Assembly: GCA_964057225.1 (NCBI GenBank)
Contig: OZ059900.1
Coordinates: 20,646,001 to 20,710,000, forward strand
Origin: Auanema rhodensis
Lineage: Eukaryota > Animalia > Nematoda
Direction of reading: 5' to 3'
Length of the DNA stretch: 64,000 nt
Part shown: one piece after another, positions 12,301 to 27,300 of the stretch
Layout: each line of letters begins with the position of its first letter
Numbering within the stretch: the first letter of the stretch is position 1
The notes under the pieces: generated by a model
Database searches by the model: none
What the model was told of the DNA's origin: nothing
Seen by the model: the letters and a program-made list of their open reading frames with translations, nothing else
Translations under genes and position numbers: made by a program

Positions 12301-15300
12301 CTCATATGAACAAAAATCGATTTAATCAATATTAGCCATAAGGGGCGTGCCCTCAGAATATGCTAATTTCCTTAATTTTCTAACCCCTGTTTTTTTGTCG
12401 TGAAAGTGGAACTAGACGTTGTACGAACAATTTTGAGCTAGGTTTCATTGACATTGCATGAGTTTGAACACATGAAATCGTAAGTCAAAACCTTGTTTAC
12501 AGCGAAATTTCCAAAAACTGGTTTTCCAGCATAATAAAATATTTCTCATGGGAAATACTGTGTTTTTATATTTTTCTAGTGTTCAGCATGTAAAATGCTT
12601 CATTTTAGTATGTAACACGCTGAAATTCGTTGCATTTGACGACTCATATGAACAAAAATCGATTTAATCAATATTAGCCATAAGGGGCGTGCCCTCAGAA
12701 TATGCTAATTTCCTTAATTTTCTAACCCCTGTTTTTTTGTCGTGAAAGTGGAACTAGACGTTGTACGAACAATTTTGAGCTAGGTTTCATTGACATTGCA
12801 TGAGTTTGAACACATGAAATCGTAAGTCAAAACCTTGTTTACAGCGAAATTTCCAAAAACTGGTTTTCCAGCATAATAAAATATTTCTCATGGGAAATAC
12901 TGTGTTTTTGTATTTTTCTAGTGTTCAGCATGTAAAATGCTTCATTTTAGTATGTAACACGCTGAAATTCGTTGCATTTGACGACTCATATGAACAAAAA
13001 TCGATTTAATCAATATTAGCCATAAGGGGCGTGCCCTCAGAATATGCTAATTTCCTTAATTTTCTAACCCCTGTTTTTTTGTCGTGAAAGTGGAACTAGA
13101 CGTTGTACGAATAATTTTGAGCTAGGTTTCATTGACATTGCATGAGTTTGAACACATGAAATCGTAAGTCAAAACCTTGTTTACAGCGAAATTTCCAAAA
13201 ACTGGTTTTCCAGCATAATAAAATATTTCTCATGGGAAATACTGTGTTTTTGTATTTTTCTAGTGTTCAGCATGTAAAATGCTTCATTTTAGTATGTAAC
13301 ACGCTGAAATTCGTTGCATTTGACGACTCATATGAACAAAAATCGATTTAATCAATATTAGCCATAAGGGGCGTGCCCTCAGAATATGCTAATTTCCTTA
13401 ATTTTCTAACCCCTGTTTTTTTGTCGTGAAAGTGGAACTAGACGTTGTACGAACAATTTTGAGCTAGGTTTCATTGACATTGCATGAGTTTGAACACATG
13501 AAATCGTAAGTCAAAACCTTGTTTACAGCGAAATTTCCAAAAACTGGTTTTCCAGCATAATAAAATATTTCTCATGGGAAATACTGTGTTTTTGTATTTT
13601 TCTAGTGTTCAGCATGTAAAATGCTTCATTTTAGTATGTAACACGCTGAAATTCGTTGCATTTGACGACTCATATGAACAAAAATCGATTTAATCAATAT
13701 TAGCCATAAGGGGCGTGCCCTCAGAATATGCTAATTTCCTTAATTTTCTAACCCCTGTTTTTTTGTCGTGAAAGTGGAACTAGACGTTGTACGAACAATT
13801 TTGAGCTAGGTTTCATTGACATTGCATGAGTTTGAACACATGAAATCGTAAGTCAAAACCTTGTTTACAGCGAAATTTCCAAAAACTGGTTTTCCAGCAT
13901 AATAAAATATTTCTCATGGGAAATACTGTGTTTTTGTATTTTTCTAGTGTTCAGCATGTAAAATGCTTCATTTAAGTATGTAACACGCTGAAATTCGTTG
14001 CATTTGACGACTCATATGAACAAAAATCGATTTAATCAATATTAGCCATAAGGGGCGTGCCCTCAGAATATGCTAATTTCCTTAATTTTCTAACCCCTGT
14101 TTTTTTGTCGTGAAAGTGGAACTAGACGTTGTACGAACAATTTTGAGCTAGGTTTCATTGACATTGCATGAGTTTGAACACATGAAATCGTAAGTCAAAA
14201 CCTTGTTTACAGCGAAATTTCCAAAAACTGGTTTTCCAGCATAATAAAATATTTCTCATGGGAAATACTGTGTTTTTATATTTTTCTAGTGTTCAGCATG
14301 TAAAATGCTTCATTTTAGTATGTAACACGCTGAAATTCGTTGCATTTGACGACTCATATGAACAAAAATCGATTTAATCAATATTAGCCATAAGGGGCGT
14401 GCCCTCAGAATATGCTAATTTCCTTAATTTTCTAACCCCTGTTTTTTTGTCGTGAAAGTGGAACTAGACGTTGTACGAACAATTTTGAACTAGGTTTCAT
14501 TGACATTGCATGAGTTTGAACACATGAAATCGTAAGTCAAAACCTTGTTTACAGCGAAATTTCCAAAAACTGGTTTTCCAGCATAATAAAATATTTCTAA
14601 TGGGAAATACTGTGTTTTTGTATTTTTCTAGTGTTCAGCATGTAAAATGCTTCATTTTAGTATGTAACACGCTGAAATTCGTTGCATTTGACGACTCATA
14701 TGAACAAAAATCGATTTAATCAATATTAGCCATAAGGGGCGTGCCCTCAGAATATGCTAATTTCCTTAATTTTCTAACCCCTGTTTTTTTGTCGTGAAAG
14801 TGGAACTAGACGTTGTACGAACAATTTTGAGCTAGGTTTCATTGACATTGCATGAGTTTGAACACATGAAATCGTAAGTCAAAACCTTGTTTACAGCGAA
14901 ATTTCCAAAAACTGGTTTTCCAGCATAATAAAATATTTCTCATGGGAAATACTGTGTTTTTGTATTTTTCTAGTGTTCAGCATGTAAAATGCTTCATTTT
15001 AGTATGTAACACGCTGAAATTCGTTGCATTTGACGACTCATATGAACAAAAATCGATTTAATCAATATTAGCCATAAGGGGCGTGCCCTCAGAATATGCT
15101 AATTTCCTTAATTTTCTAACCCCTGTTTTTTTGTCGTGAAAGTGGAACTAGACGTTGTACGAACAATTTTGAGCTAGGTTTCATTGACATTGCATGAGTT
15201 TGAACACATGAAATCGTAAGTCAAAACCTTGTTTACAGCGAAATTTCCAAAAACTGGTTTTCCAGCATAATAAAATATTTCTCATGGGAAATACTGTGTT

Positions 15301-18300
15301 TTTGTATTTTTCTAGTGTTCAGCATGTAAAATGCTTCATTTTAGTATGTAACACGCTGAAATTCGTTGCATTTGACGACTCATATGAACAAAAATCGATT
15401 TAATCAATATTAGCCATAAGGGGCGTGCCCTCAGAATATGCTAATTTCCTTAATTTTCTAACCCCTGTTTTTTTGTCGTGAAAGTGGAACTAGACGTTGT
15501 ACGAACAATTTTGAGCTAGGTTTCATTGACATTGCATGAGTTTGAACACATGAAATCGTAAGTCAAAACCTTGTTTACAGCGAAATTTCCAAAAACTGGT
15601 TTTCCAGCATAATAAAATATTTCTCGTGGGAAATACTGTGTTTTTGTATTTTTCTAGTGTTCAGCATGTAAAATGCTTCATTTTAGTATGTAACACGCTG
15701 AAATTCGTTGCATTTGACGACTCATATGAACAAAAATCGATTTAATCAATATTAGCCATAAGAGGCGTGCCCTCAGAATATGCTAATTTCCTTAATTTTC
15801 TAACCCCTGTTTTTTTGTCGTGAAAGTGGAACTAGACGTTGTACGAACAATTTTGAGCTAGGTTTCATTGACATTGCATGAGTTTGAACACATGAAATCG
15901 TAAGTCAAAACCTTGTTTACAGCGAAATTTCCAAAAACTGGTTTTCCAGCATAATAAAATATTTCTCGTGGGAAATACTGTGTTTTTGTATTTTTCTAGT
16001 GTTCAGCATGTAAAATGCTTCATTTTAGTATGTAACACGCTGAAATTCGTTGCATTTGACGACTCATATGAACAAAAATCGATTTAATCAATATTAGCCA
16101 TAAGGGGCGTGCCCTCAGAATATGCTAATTTCCTTAATTTTCTAACCCCTGTTTTTTTGTCGTGAAAGTGGAACTAGACGTTGTACGAACAATTTTGAGC
16201 TAGGTTTCATTGACATTGCATGAGTTTGAACACATGAAATCGTAAGTCAAAACCTTGTTTACAGCGAAATTTCCAAAAACTGGTTTTCCAGCATAATAAA
16301 ATATTTCTCATGGGAAATACTGTGTTTTTGTATTTTTCTAGTGTTCAGCATGTAAAATGCTTCATTTTAGTATGTAACACGCTGAAATTCGTTGCATTTG
16401 ACGACTCATATGAACAAAAATCGATTTAATCAATATTAGCCATAAGGGGCGTGCCCTCAGAATATGCTAATTTCCTTAATTTTCTAACCCCTGTTTTTTT
16501 GTCGTGAAAGTGGAACTAGACGTTGTACGAACAGTTTTGAGCTAGGTTTCATTGACATTGCATGAGTTTGAACACATGAAATCGTAAGTCAAAACCTTGT
16601 TTACAGCGAAATTTCCAAAAACTGGTTTTCCAGCATAATAAAATATTTCTCATGGGAAATACTGTGTTTTTGTATTTTTCTAGTGTTCAGCATGTAAAAT
16701 GCTTCATTTTAGTATGTAACACGCTGAAATTCGTTGCATTTGACGACTCATATGAACAAAAATCGATTTAATCAATATTAGCCATAAGGGGCGTGCCCTC
16801 AGAATATGCTAATTTCCTTAATTTTCTAACCCCTGTTTTTTTGTCGTGAAAGTGGAACTAGACGTTGTACGAACAATTTTGAGCTAGGTTTCATTGACAT
16901 TGCATGAGTTTGAACACATGAAATCGTAAGTCAAAACCTTGTTTACAGCGAAATTTCCAAAAACTGGTTTTCCAGCATAATAAAATATTTCTCATGGGAA
17001 ATACTGTGTTTTTGTAATTTTCTAGTGTTCAGCATGTAAAATGCTTCATTTTAGTATGTAACACGCTGAAATTCGTTGCATTTGACGACTCATATGAACA
17101 AAAATCGATTTAATCAATATTAGCCATAAGGGGCGTGCCCTCAGAATATGCTAATTTCCTTAATTTTCTAACCCCTGTTTTTTTGTCGTGAAAGTGGAAC
17201 TAGACGTTGTACGAACAATTTTGAGCTAGGTTTCATTGACATTGCATGAGTTTGAACACATGAAATCGTAAGTCAAAACCTTGTTTACAGCGAAATTTCC
17301 AAAAACTGGTTTTCCAGCATAATAAAATATTTCTCGTGGGAAATACTGTGTTTTTGTATTTTTCTAGTGTTCAGCATGTAAAATGCTTCATTTTAGTATG
17401 TAACACGCTGAAATTCGTTGCATTTGACGACTCATATGAACAAAAATCGATTTAATCAATATTAGCCATAAGGGGCGTGCCCTCTGAATATGCTAATTTC
17501 CTTAATTTTCTAACCCCTGTTTTTTTGTCGTGAAAGTGGAACTAGACGTTGTACGAACAATTTTGAGCTAGGTTTCATTGACATTGCATGAGTTTGAACA
17601 CATGAAATCGTAAGTCAAAACCTTGTTTACAGCGAAATTTCCAAAAACTGGTTTTCCAGCATAATAAAATATTTCTCATGGGAAATACTGTGTTTTTGTA
17701 TTTTTCTAGTGTTCAGCATGTAAAATGCTTCATTTTAGTATGTAACACGCTGAAATTCGTTGCATTTGACGACTCATATGAACAAAAATCGATTTAATCA
17801 ATATTAGCCATAAGGGGCGTGCCCTCAGAATATGCTAATTTCCTTTATTTTCTAACCCCTGTTTTTTTGTCGTGAAAGTGGAACTAGACGTTGTACGAAC
17901 AATTTTGAGCTAGGTTTCATTGACATTGCATGAGTTTGAACACATGAAATCGTAAGTCAAAACCTTGTTTACAGCGAAATTTCCAAAAACTGGTTTTCCA
18001 GCATAATAAAATATTTCTCATGGGAAATACAGTGTTTTTGTATTTTTCTAGTGTTCAGCATGTAAAATGCTTCATTTAAGTATGTAACACGCTGAAATTC
18101 GTTGCATTTGACGACTCATATGAACAAAAATCGATTTAATCAATATTAGCCATAAGGGGCGTGCCCTCAGAATATGCTAATTTCCTTAATTTTCTAACCC
18201 CTGTTTTTTTGTCGTGAAAGTGGAACTAGACGTTGTACGAACAGTTTTGAGCTAGGTTTCATTGACATTGCATGAGTTTGAACACATGAAATCGTAAGTC

Positions 18301-21300
18301 AAAACCTTGTTTACAGCGAAATTTCCAAAAACTGGTTTTCCAGCATAATAAAATATTTCTCATGGGAAATACTGTGTTTTTGTATTTTTCTAGTGTTCAG
18401 CATGTAAAATGCTTCATTTTAGTATGTAACACGCTGAAATTCGTTGCATTTGACGACTCATATGAACAAAAATCGATTTAATCAATATTAGCCATAAGGG
18501 GCGTGCCCTCAGAATATGCTAATTTCCTTAATTTTCTAACCCCTGTTTTTTTTGTCGTGAAAGTGGAACTAGACGTTGTACGAACAATTTTGAGCTAGGT
18601 TTCATTGACATTGCATGAGTTTGAACACATGAAATCGTAAGTCAAAGCCTTGTTTACAGCGAAATTTCCAAAAACTGGTTTTCCAGCATAATAAAATATT
18701 TCTCATGGGAAATACTGTGTTTTTGTATTTTTCTAGTGTTCAGCATGTAAAATGCTTCATTTTAGTATGTAACACGCTGAAATTCGTTGCATTTGACGAC
18801 TCATATGAACAAAAATCGATTTAATCAATATTAGCCATAAGGGGCGTGCCCTCAGAATATGCTAATTTCCTTAATTTTCTAACCCCTGTTTTTTTGTCGT
18901 GAAAGTGGAACTAGACGTTGTACGAACAGTTTTGAGCTAGGTTTCATTGACATTGCATGAGTTTGAACACATGAAATCGTAAGTCAAAACCTTGTTTACA
19001 GCGAAATTTCCAAAAACTGGTTTTCCAGCATAATAAAATATTTCTCATGGGAAATACTGTGTTTTTGTATTTTTCTAGTGTTCAGCATGTAAAATGCTTC
19101 ATTTTAGTATGTAACACGCTGAAATTCGTTGCATTTGACGACTCATATGAACAAAAATCGATTTAATCAATATTAGCCATAAGGGGCGTGCCCTCAGAAT
19201 ATGCTAATTTCCTTAATTTTCTAACCCCTGTTTTTTTGTCGTGAAAGTGGAACTAGACGTTGTACGAACAATTTTGAGCTAGGTTTCATTGACATTGCAT
19301 GAGTTTGAACACATGAAATCGTAAGTCAAAACCTTGTTTACAGCGAAATTTCCAAAAACTGGTTTTCCAGCATAATAAAATATTTCTCATGGGAAATACT
19401 GTGTTTTTGTAATTTTCTAGTGTTCAGCATGTAAAATGCTTCATTTTAGTATGTAACACGCTGAAATTCGTTGCATTTGACGACTCATATGAACAAAAAT
19501 CGATTTAATCAATATTAGCCATAAGGGGCGTGCCCTCAGAATATGCTAATTTCCTTAATTTTCTAACCCCTGTTTTTTTGTCGTGAAAGTGGAACTAGAC
19601 GTTGTACGAACAATTTTGAGCTAGGTTTCATTGACATTGCATGAGTTTGAACACATGAAATCGTAAGTCAAAACCTTGTTTACAGCGAAATTTCCAAAAA
19701 CTGGTTTTCCAGCATAATAAAATATTTCTCGTGGGAAATACTGTGTTTTTGTATTTTTCTAGTGTTCAGCATGTAAAATGCTTCATTTTAGTATGTAACA
19801 CGCTGAAATTCGTTGCATTTGACGACTCATATGAACAAAAATCGATTTAATCAATATTAGCCATAAGGGGCGTGCCCTCTGAATATGCTAATTTCCTTAA
19901 TTTTCTAACCCCTGTTTTTTTGTCGTGAAAGTGGAACTAGACGTTGTACGAACAATTTTGAGCTAGGTTTCATTGACATTGCATGAGTTTGAACACATGA
20001 AATCGTAAGTCAAAACCTTGTTTACAGCGAAATTTCCAAAAACTGGTTTTCCAGCATAATAAAATATTTCTCATGGGAAATACTGTGTTTTTGTATTTTT
20101 CTAGTGTTCAGCATGTAAAATGCTTCATTTTAGTATGTAACACGCTGAAATTCGTTGCATTTGACGACTCATATGAACAAAAATCGATTTAATCAATATT
20201 AGCCATAAGGGGCGTGCCCTCAGAATATGCTAATTTCCTTTATTTTCTAACCCCTGTTTTTTTGTCGTGAAAGTGGAACTAGACGTTGTACGAACAATTT
20301 TGAGCTAGGTTTCATTGACATTGCATGAGTTTGAACACATGAAATCGTAAGTCAAAACCTTGTTTACAGCGAAATTTCCAAAAACTGGTTTTCCAGCATA
20401 ATAAAATATTTCTCATGGGAAATACAGTGTTTTTGTATTTTTCTAGTGTTCAGCATGTAAAATGCTTCATTTAAGTATGTAACACGCTGAAATTCGTTGC
20501 ATTTGACGACTCATATGAACAAAAATCGATTTAATCAATATTAGCCATAAGGGGCGTGCCCTCAGAATATGCTAATTTCCTTAATTTTCTAACCCCTGTT
20601 TTTTTGTCGTGAAAGTGGAACTAGACGTTGTACGAACAGTTTTGAGCTAGGTTTCATTGACATTGCATGAGTTTGAACACATGAAATCGTAAGTCAAAAC
20701 CTTGTTTACAGCGAAATTTCCAAAAACTGGTTTTCCAGCATAATAAAATATTTCTCATGGGAAATACTGTGTTTTTGTATTTTTCTAGTGTTCAGCATGT
20801 AAAATGCTTCATTTTAGTATGTAACACGCTGAAATTCGTTGCATTTGACGACTCATATGAACAAAAATCGATTTAATCAATATTAGCCATAAGGGGCGTG
20901 CCCTCAGAATATGCTAATTTCCTTAATTTTCTAACCCCTGTTTTTTTTGTCGTGAAAGTGGAACTAGACGTTGTACGAACAATTTTGAGCTAGGTTTCAT
21001 TGACATTGCATGAGTTTGAACACATGAAATCGTAAGTCAAAGCCTTGTTTACAGCGAAATTTCCAAAAACTGGTTTTCCAGCATAATAAAATATTTCTCA
21101 TGGGAAATACTGTGTTTTTGTATTTTTCTGGTGTTCAGCATGTAAAATGCTTCATTTTAGTATGTAACACGCTGAAATTCGTTGCATTTGACGACTCATA
21201 TGAACAAAAATCGATTTAATCAATATTAGCCATAAGGGGCGTGCCCTCAGAATATGCTAATTTCCTTAATTTTCTAACCCCTGTTTTTTTGTCGTGAAAG

Positions 21301-24300
21301 TGGAACTAGACGTTGTACGAACAATTTTGAGCTAGGTTTCATTGACATTGCATGAGTTTGAACACATGAAATCGTAAGTCAAAACCTTGTTTACAGCGAA
21401 ATTTCCAAAAACTGGTTTTCCAGCATAATAAAATATTTCTCATGGGAAATACAGTGTTTTTGTATTTTTCTAGTGTTCAGCATGTAAAATGCTTCATTTT
21501 AGTATGTAACACGCTGAAATTCGTTGCATTTGACGACTCATATGAACAAAAATCGATTTAATCAATATTAGCCATAAGGGGCGTGCCCTCAGAATATGCT
21601 AATTTCCTTAATTTTCTAACCCCTGTTTTTTTGTCGTGAAAGTGGAACTAGACGTTGTACGAACAGTTTTGAGCTAGGTTTCATTGACATTGCATGAGTT
21701 TGAACACATGAAATCGTAAGTCAAAACCTTGTTTACAGCGAAATTTCCAAAAACTGGTTTTCCAGCATAATAAAATATTTCTCATGGGAAATACTGTGTT
21801 TTTGTATTTTTCTAGTGTTCAGCATGTAAAATGCTTCATTTTAGTATGTAACACGCTGAAATTCGTTGCATTTGACGACTCATATGAACAAAAATCGATT
21901 TAATCAATATTAGCCATAAGGGGCGTGCCCTCAGAATATGCTAATTTCCTTAATTTTCTAACCCCTGTTTTTTTTGTCGTGAAAGTGGAACTAGACGTTG
22001 TACGAACAATTTTGAGCTAGGTTTCATTGACATTGCATGAGTTTGAACACATGAAATCGTAAGTCAAAGCCTTGTTTACAGCGAAATTTCCAAAAACTGG
22101 TTTTCCAGCATAATAAAATATTTCTCATGGGAAATACTGTGTTTTTGTATTTTTCTGGTGTTCAGCATGTAAAATGCTTCATTTTAGTATGTAACACGCT
22201 GAAATTCGTTGCATTTGACGACTCATATGAACAAAAATCGATTTAATCAATATTAGCCATAAGGGGCGTGCCCTCAGAATATGCTAATTTCCTTAATTTT
22301 CTAACCCCTGTTTTTTTGTCGTGAAAGTGGAACTAGACGTTGTACGAACAATTTTGAGCTAGGTTTCATTGACATTGCATGAGTTTGAACACATGAAATC
22401 GTAAGTCAAAACCTTGTTTACAGCGAAATTTCCAAAAACTGGTTTTCCAGCATAATAAAATATTTCTCATGGGAAATACAGTGTTTTTGTATTTTTCTAG
22501 TGTTCAGCATGTAAAATGCTTCATTTTAGTATGTAACACGCTGAAATTCGTTGCATTTGACGACTCATATGAACAAAAATCGATTTAATCAATATTAGCC
22601 ATAAGGGGCGTGCCCTCAGAATATGCTAATTTCCTTAATTTTCTAACCCCTGTTTTTTTGTCGTGAAAGTGGAACTAGACGTTGTACGAACAGTTTTGAG
22701 CTAGGTTTCATTGACATTGCATGAGTTTGAACACATGAAATCGTAAGTCAAAACCTTGTTTACAGCGAAATTTCCAAAAACTGGTTTTCCAGCATAATAA
22801 AATATTTCTCATGGGAAATACTGTGTTTTTGTATTTTTCTAGTGTTCAGCATGTAAAATGCTTCATTTTAGTATGTAACACGCTGAAATTCGTTGCATTT
22901 GACGACTCATATGAACAAAAATCGATTTAATCAATATTAGCCATAAGGGGCGTGCCCTCAGAATATGCTAATTTCCTTAATTTTCTAACCCCTGTTTTTT
23001 TGTCGTGAAAGTGGAACTAGACGTTGTACGAATAATTTTGAGCTAGGTTTCATTGACATTGCATGAGTTTGAACACATGAAATCGTAAGTCAAAACCTTG
23101 TTTACAGCGAAATTTCCAAAAACTGGTTTTCCAGCATAATAAAATATTTCTCATGGGAAATACTGTGTTTTTGTATTTTTCTAGTGTTCAGCATGTAAAA
23201 TGCTTCATTTTAGTATGTAACACGCTGAAATTCGTTGCATTTGACGACTCATATGAACAAAAATCGATTTAATCAATATTAGCCATAAGGGGCGTGCCCT
23301 CAGAATATGCTAATTTCCTTAATTTTCTAACCCCTGTTTTTTTTGTCGTGAAAGTGGAACTAGACGTTGTACGAACAATTTTGAGCTAGGTTTCATTGAC
23401 ATTGCATGAGTTTGAACACATGAAATCGTAAGTCAAAGCCTTGTTTACAGCGAAATTTCCAAAAACTGGTTTTCCAGCATAATAAAATATTTCTCATGGG
23501 AAATACTGTGTTTTTGTATTTTTCTGGTGTTCAGCATGTAAAATGCTTCATTTTAGTATGTAACACGCTGAAATTCGTTGCATTTGACGACTCATATGAA
23601 CAAAAATCGATTTAATCAATATTAGCCATAAGGGGCGTGCCCTCAGAATATGCTAATTTCCTTAATTTTCTAACCCCTGTTTTTTTGTCGTGAAAGTGGA
23701 ACTAGACGTTGTACGAACAATTTTGAGCTAGGTTTCATTGACATTGCATGAGTTTGAACACATGAAATCGTAAGTCAAAACCTTGTTTACAGCGAAATTT
23801 CCAAAAACTGGTTTTCCAGCATAATAAAATATTTCTCGTGGGAAATACTGTGTTTTTGTATTTTTCTAGTGTTCAGCATGTAAAATGCTTCATTTTAGTA
23901 TGTAACACGCTGAAATTCGTTGCATTTGACGACTCATATGAACAAAAATCGATTTAATCAATATTAGCGATAAGGGGCGTGCCCTCAGAATATGCTAATT
24001 TCCTTAATTTTCTAACCCCTGTTTTTTTGTCGTGAAAGTGGAACTAGACGTTGTACGAACAATTTTGAGCTAGGTTTCATTGACATTGCATGAGTTTGAA
24101 CACATGAAATCGTAAGTCAAAACCTTGTTTACAGCGAAATTTCCAAAAACTGGTTTTCCAGCATAATAAAATATTTCTCGTGGGAAATACTGTGTTTTTG
24201 TATTTTTCTAGTGTTCAGCATGTAAAATGCTTCATTTTAGTATGTAACACGCTGAAATTCGTTGCATTTGACGACTCATATGAACAAAAATCGATTTAAT

Positions 24301-27300
24301 CAATATTAGCCATAAGGGGCGTGCCCTCAGAATATGCTAATTTCCTTAATTTTCTAACCCCTGTTTTTTTGTCGTGAAAGTGGAACTAGACGTTGTACGA
24401 ACAATTTTGAGCTAGGTTTCATTGACATTGCATGAGTTTGAACACATGAAATCGTAAGTCAAAACCTTGTTTACAGCGAAATTTCCAAAAACTGGTTTTC
24501 CAGCATAATAAAATATTTCTCATGGGAAATACTGTGTTTTTGTATTTTTCTAGTGTTCAGCATGTAAAATGCTTCATTTTAGTATGTAACACGCTGAAAT
24601 TCGTTGCATTTGACGACTCATATGAACAAAAATCGATTTAATCAATATTAGCCATAAGGGGCGTGCCCTCAGAATATGCTAATTTCCTTAATTTTCTAAC
24701 CCCTGTTTTTTTTGTCGTGAAAGTGGAACTAGACGTTGTACGAACAATTTTGAGCTAGGTTTCATTGACATTGCATGAGTTTGAACACATGAAATCGTAA
24801 GTCAAAGCCTTGTTTACAGCGAAATTTCCAAAAACTGGTTTTCCAGCATAATAAAATATTTCTCATGGGAAATACTGTGTTTTTGTATTTTTCTGGTGTT
24901 CAGCATGTAAAATGCTTCATTTTAGTATGTAACACGCTGAAATTCGTTGCATTTGACGACTCATATGAACAAAAATCGATTTAATCAATATTAGCCATAA
25001 GGGGCGTGCCCTCAGAATATGCTAATTTCCTTAATTTTCTAACCCCTGTTTTTTTGTCGTGAAAGTGGAACTAGACGTTGTACGAACAATTTTGAGCTAG
25101 GTTTCATTGACATTGCATGAGTTTGAACACATGAAATCGTAAGTCAAAACCTTGTTTACAGCGAAATTTCCAAAAACTGGTTTTCCAGCATAATAAAATA
25201 TTTCTCGTGGGAAATACTGTGTTTTTGTATTTTTCTAGTGTTCAGCATGTAAAATGCTTCATTTTAGTATGTAACACGCTGAAATTCGTTGCATTTGACG
25301 ACTCATATGAACAAAAATCGATTTAATCAATATTAGCCATAAGGGGCGTGCCCTCAGAATATGCTAATTTCCTTAATTTTCTAACCCCTGTTTTTTTGTC
25401 GTGAAAGTGGAACTAGACGTTGTACGAACAATTTTGAGCTAGGTTTCATTGACATTGCATGAGTTTGAACACATGAAATCGTAAGTCAAAACCTTGTTTA
25501 CAGCGAAATTTCCAAAAACTGGTTTTCCAGCATAATAAAATATTTCTCGTGGGAAATACTGTGTTTTTGTATTTTTCTAGTGTTCAGCATGTAAAATGCT
25601 TCATTTTAGTATGTAACACGCTGAAATTCGTTGCATTTGACGACTCATATGAACAAAAATCGATTTAATCAATATTAGCCATAAGGGGCGTGCCCTCAGA
25701 ATATGCTAATTTCCTTAATTTTCTAACCCCTGTTTTTTTGTCGTGAAAGTAGAACTAGACGTTGTACGAACAATTTTGAGCTAGGTTTCATTGACATTGC
25801 ATGAGTTTGAACACATGAAATCGTAAGTCAAAACCTTGTTTACAGCGAAATTTCCAAAAACTGGTTTTCCAGCATAATAAAATATTTCTCATGGGAAATA
25901 CTGTGTTTTTGTATTTTTCTAGTGTTCAGCATGTAAAATGCTTCATTTTAGTATGTAACACGCTGAAATTCGTTGCATTTGACGACTCATATGAACAAAA
26001 ATCGATTTAATCAATATTAGCCATAAGGGGCGTGCCCTCAGAATATGCTAATTTCCTTAATTTTCTAACCCCTGTTTTTTTGTCGTGAAAGTGGAACTAG
26101 ACGTTGTACGAACAGTTTTGAGCTAGGTTTCATTGACATTGCATGAGTTTGAACACATGAAATCGTAAGTCAAAACCTTGTTTACAGCGAAATTTCCAAA
26201 AACTGGTTTTCCAGCATAATAAAATATTTCTCATGGGAAATACTGTGTTTTTGTATTTTTCTAGTGTTCAGCATGTAAAATGCTTCATTTTAGTATGTAA
26301 CACGCTGAAATTCGTTGCATTTGACGACTCATATGAACAAAAATCGATTTAATCAATATTAGCCATAAGGGGCGTGCCCTCAGAATATGCTAATTTCCTT
26401 AATTTTCTAACCCCTGTTTTTTTTGTCGTGAAAGTGGAACTAGACGTTGTACGAACAATTTTGAGCTAGGTTTCATTGACATTGCATGAGTTTGAACACA
26501 TGAAATCGTAAGTCAAAGCCTTGTTTACAGCGAAATTTCCAAAAACTGGTTTTCCAGCATAATAAAATATTTCTCATGGGAAATACTGTGTTTTTGTATT
26601 TTTCTGGTGTTCAGCATGTAAAATGCTTCATTTTAGTATGTAACACGCTGAAATTCGTTGCATTTGACGACTCATATGAACAAAAATCGATTTAATCAAT
26701 ATTAGCCATAAGGGGCGTGCCCTCAGAATATGCTAATTTCCTTAATTTTCTAACCCCTGTTTTTTTGTCGTGAAAGTGGAACTAGACGTTGTACGAACAA
26801 TTTTGAGCTAGGTTTCATTGACATTGCATGAGTTTGAACACATGAAATCGTAAGTCAAAACCTTGTTTACAGCGAAATTTCCAAAAACTGGTTTTCCAGC
26901 ATAATAAAATATTTCTCGTGGGAAATACTGTGTTTTTGTATTTTTCTAGTGTTCAGCATGTAAAATGCTTCATTTTAGTATGTAACACGCTGAAATTCGT
27001 TGCATTTGACGACTCATATGAACAAAAATCGATTTAATCAATATTAGCCATAAGGGGCGTGCCCTCAGAATATGCTAATTTCCTTAATTTTCTAACCCCT
27101 GTTTTTTTGTCGTGAAAGTGGAACTAGACGTTGTACGAACAATTTTGAGCTAGGTTTCATTGACATTGCATGAGTTTGAACACATGAAATCGTAAGTCAA
27201 AACCTTGTTTACAGCGAAATTTCCAAAAACTGGTTTTCCAGCATAATAAAATATTTCTCATGGGAAATACTGTGTTTTTGTATTTTTCTAGTGTTCAGCA

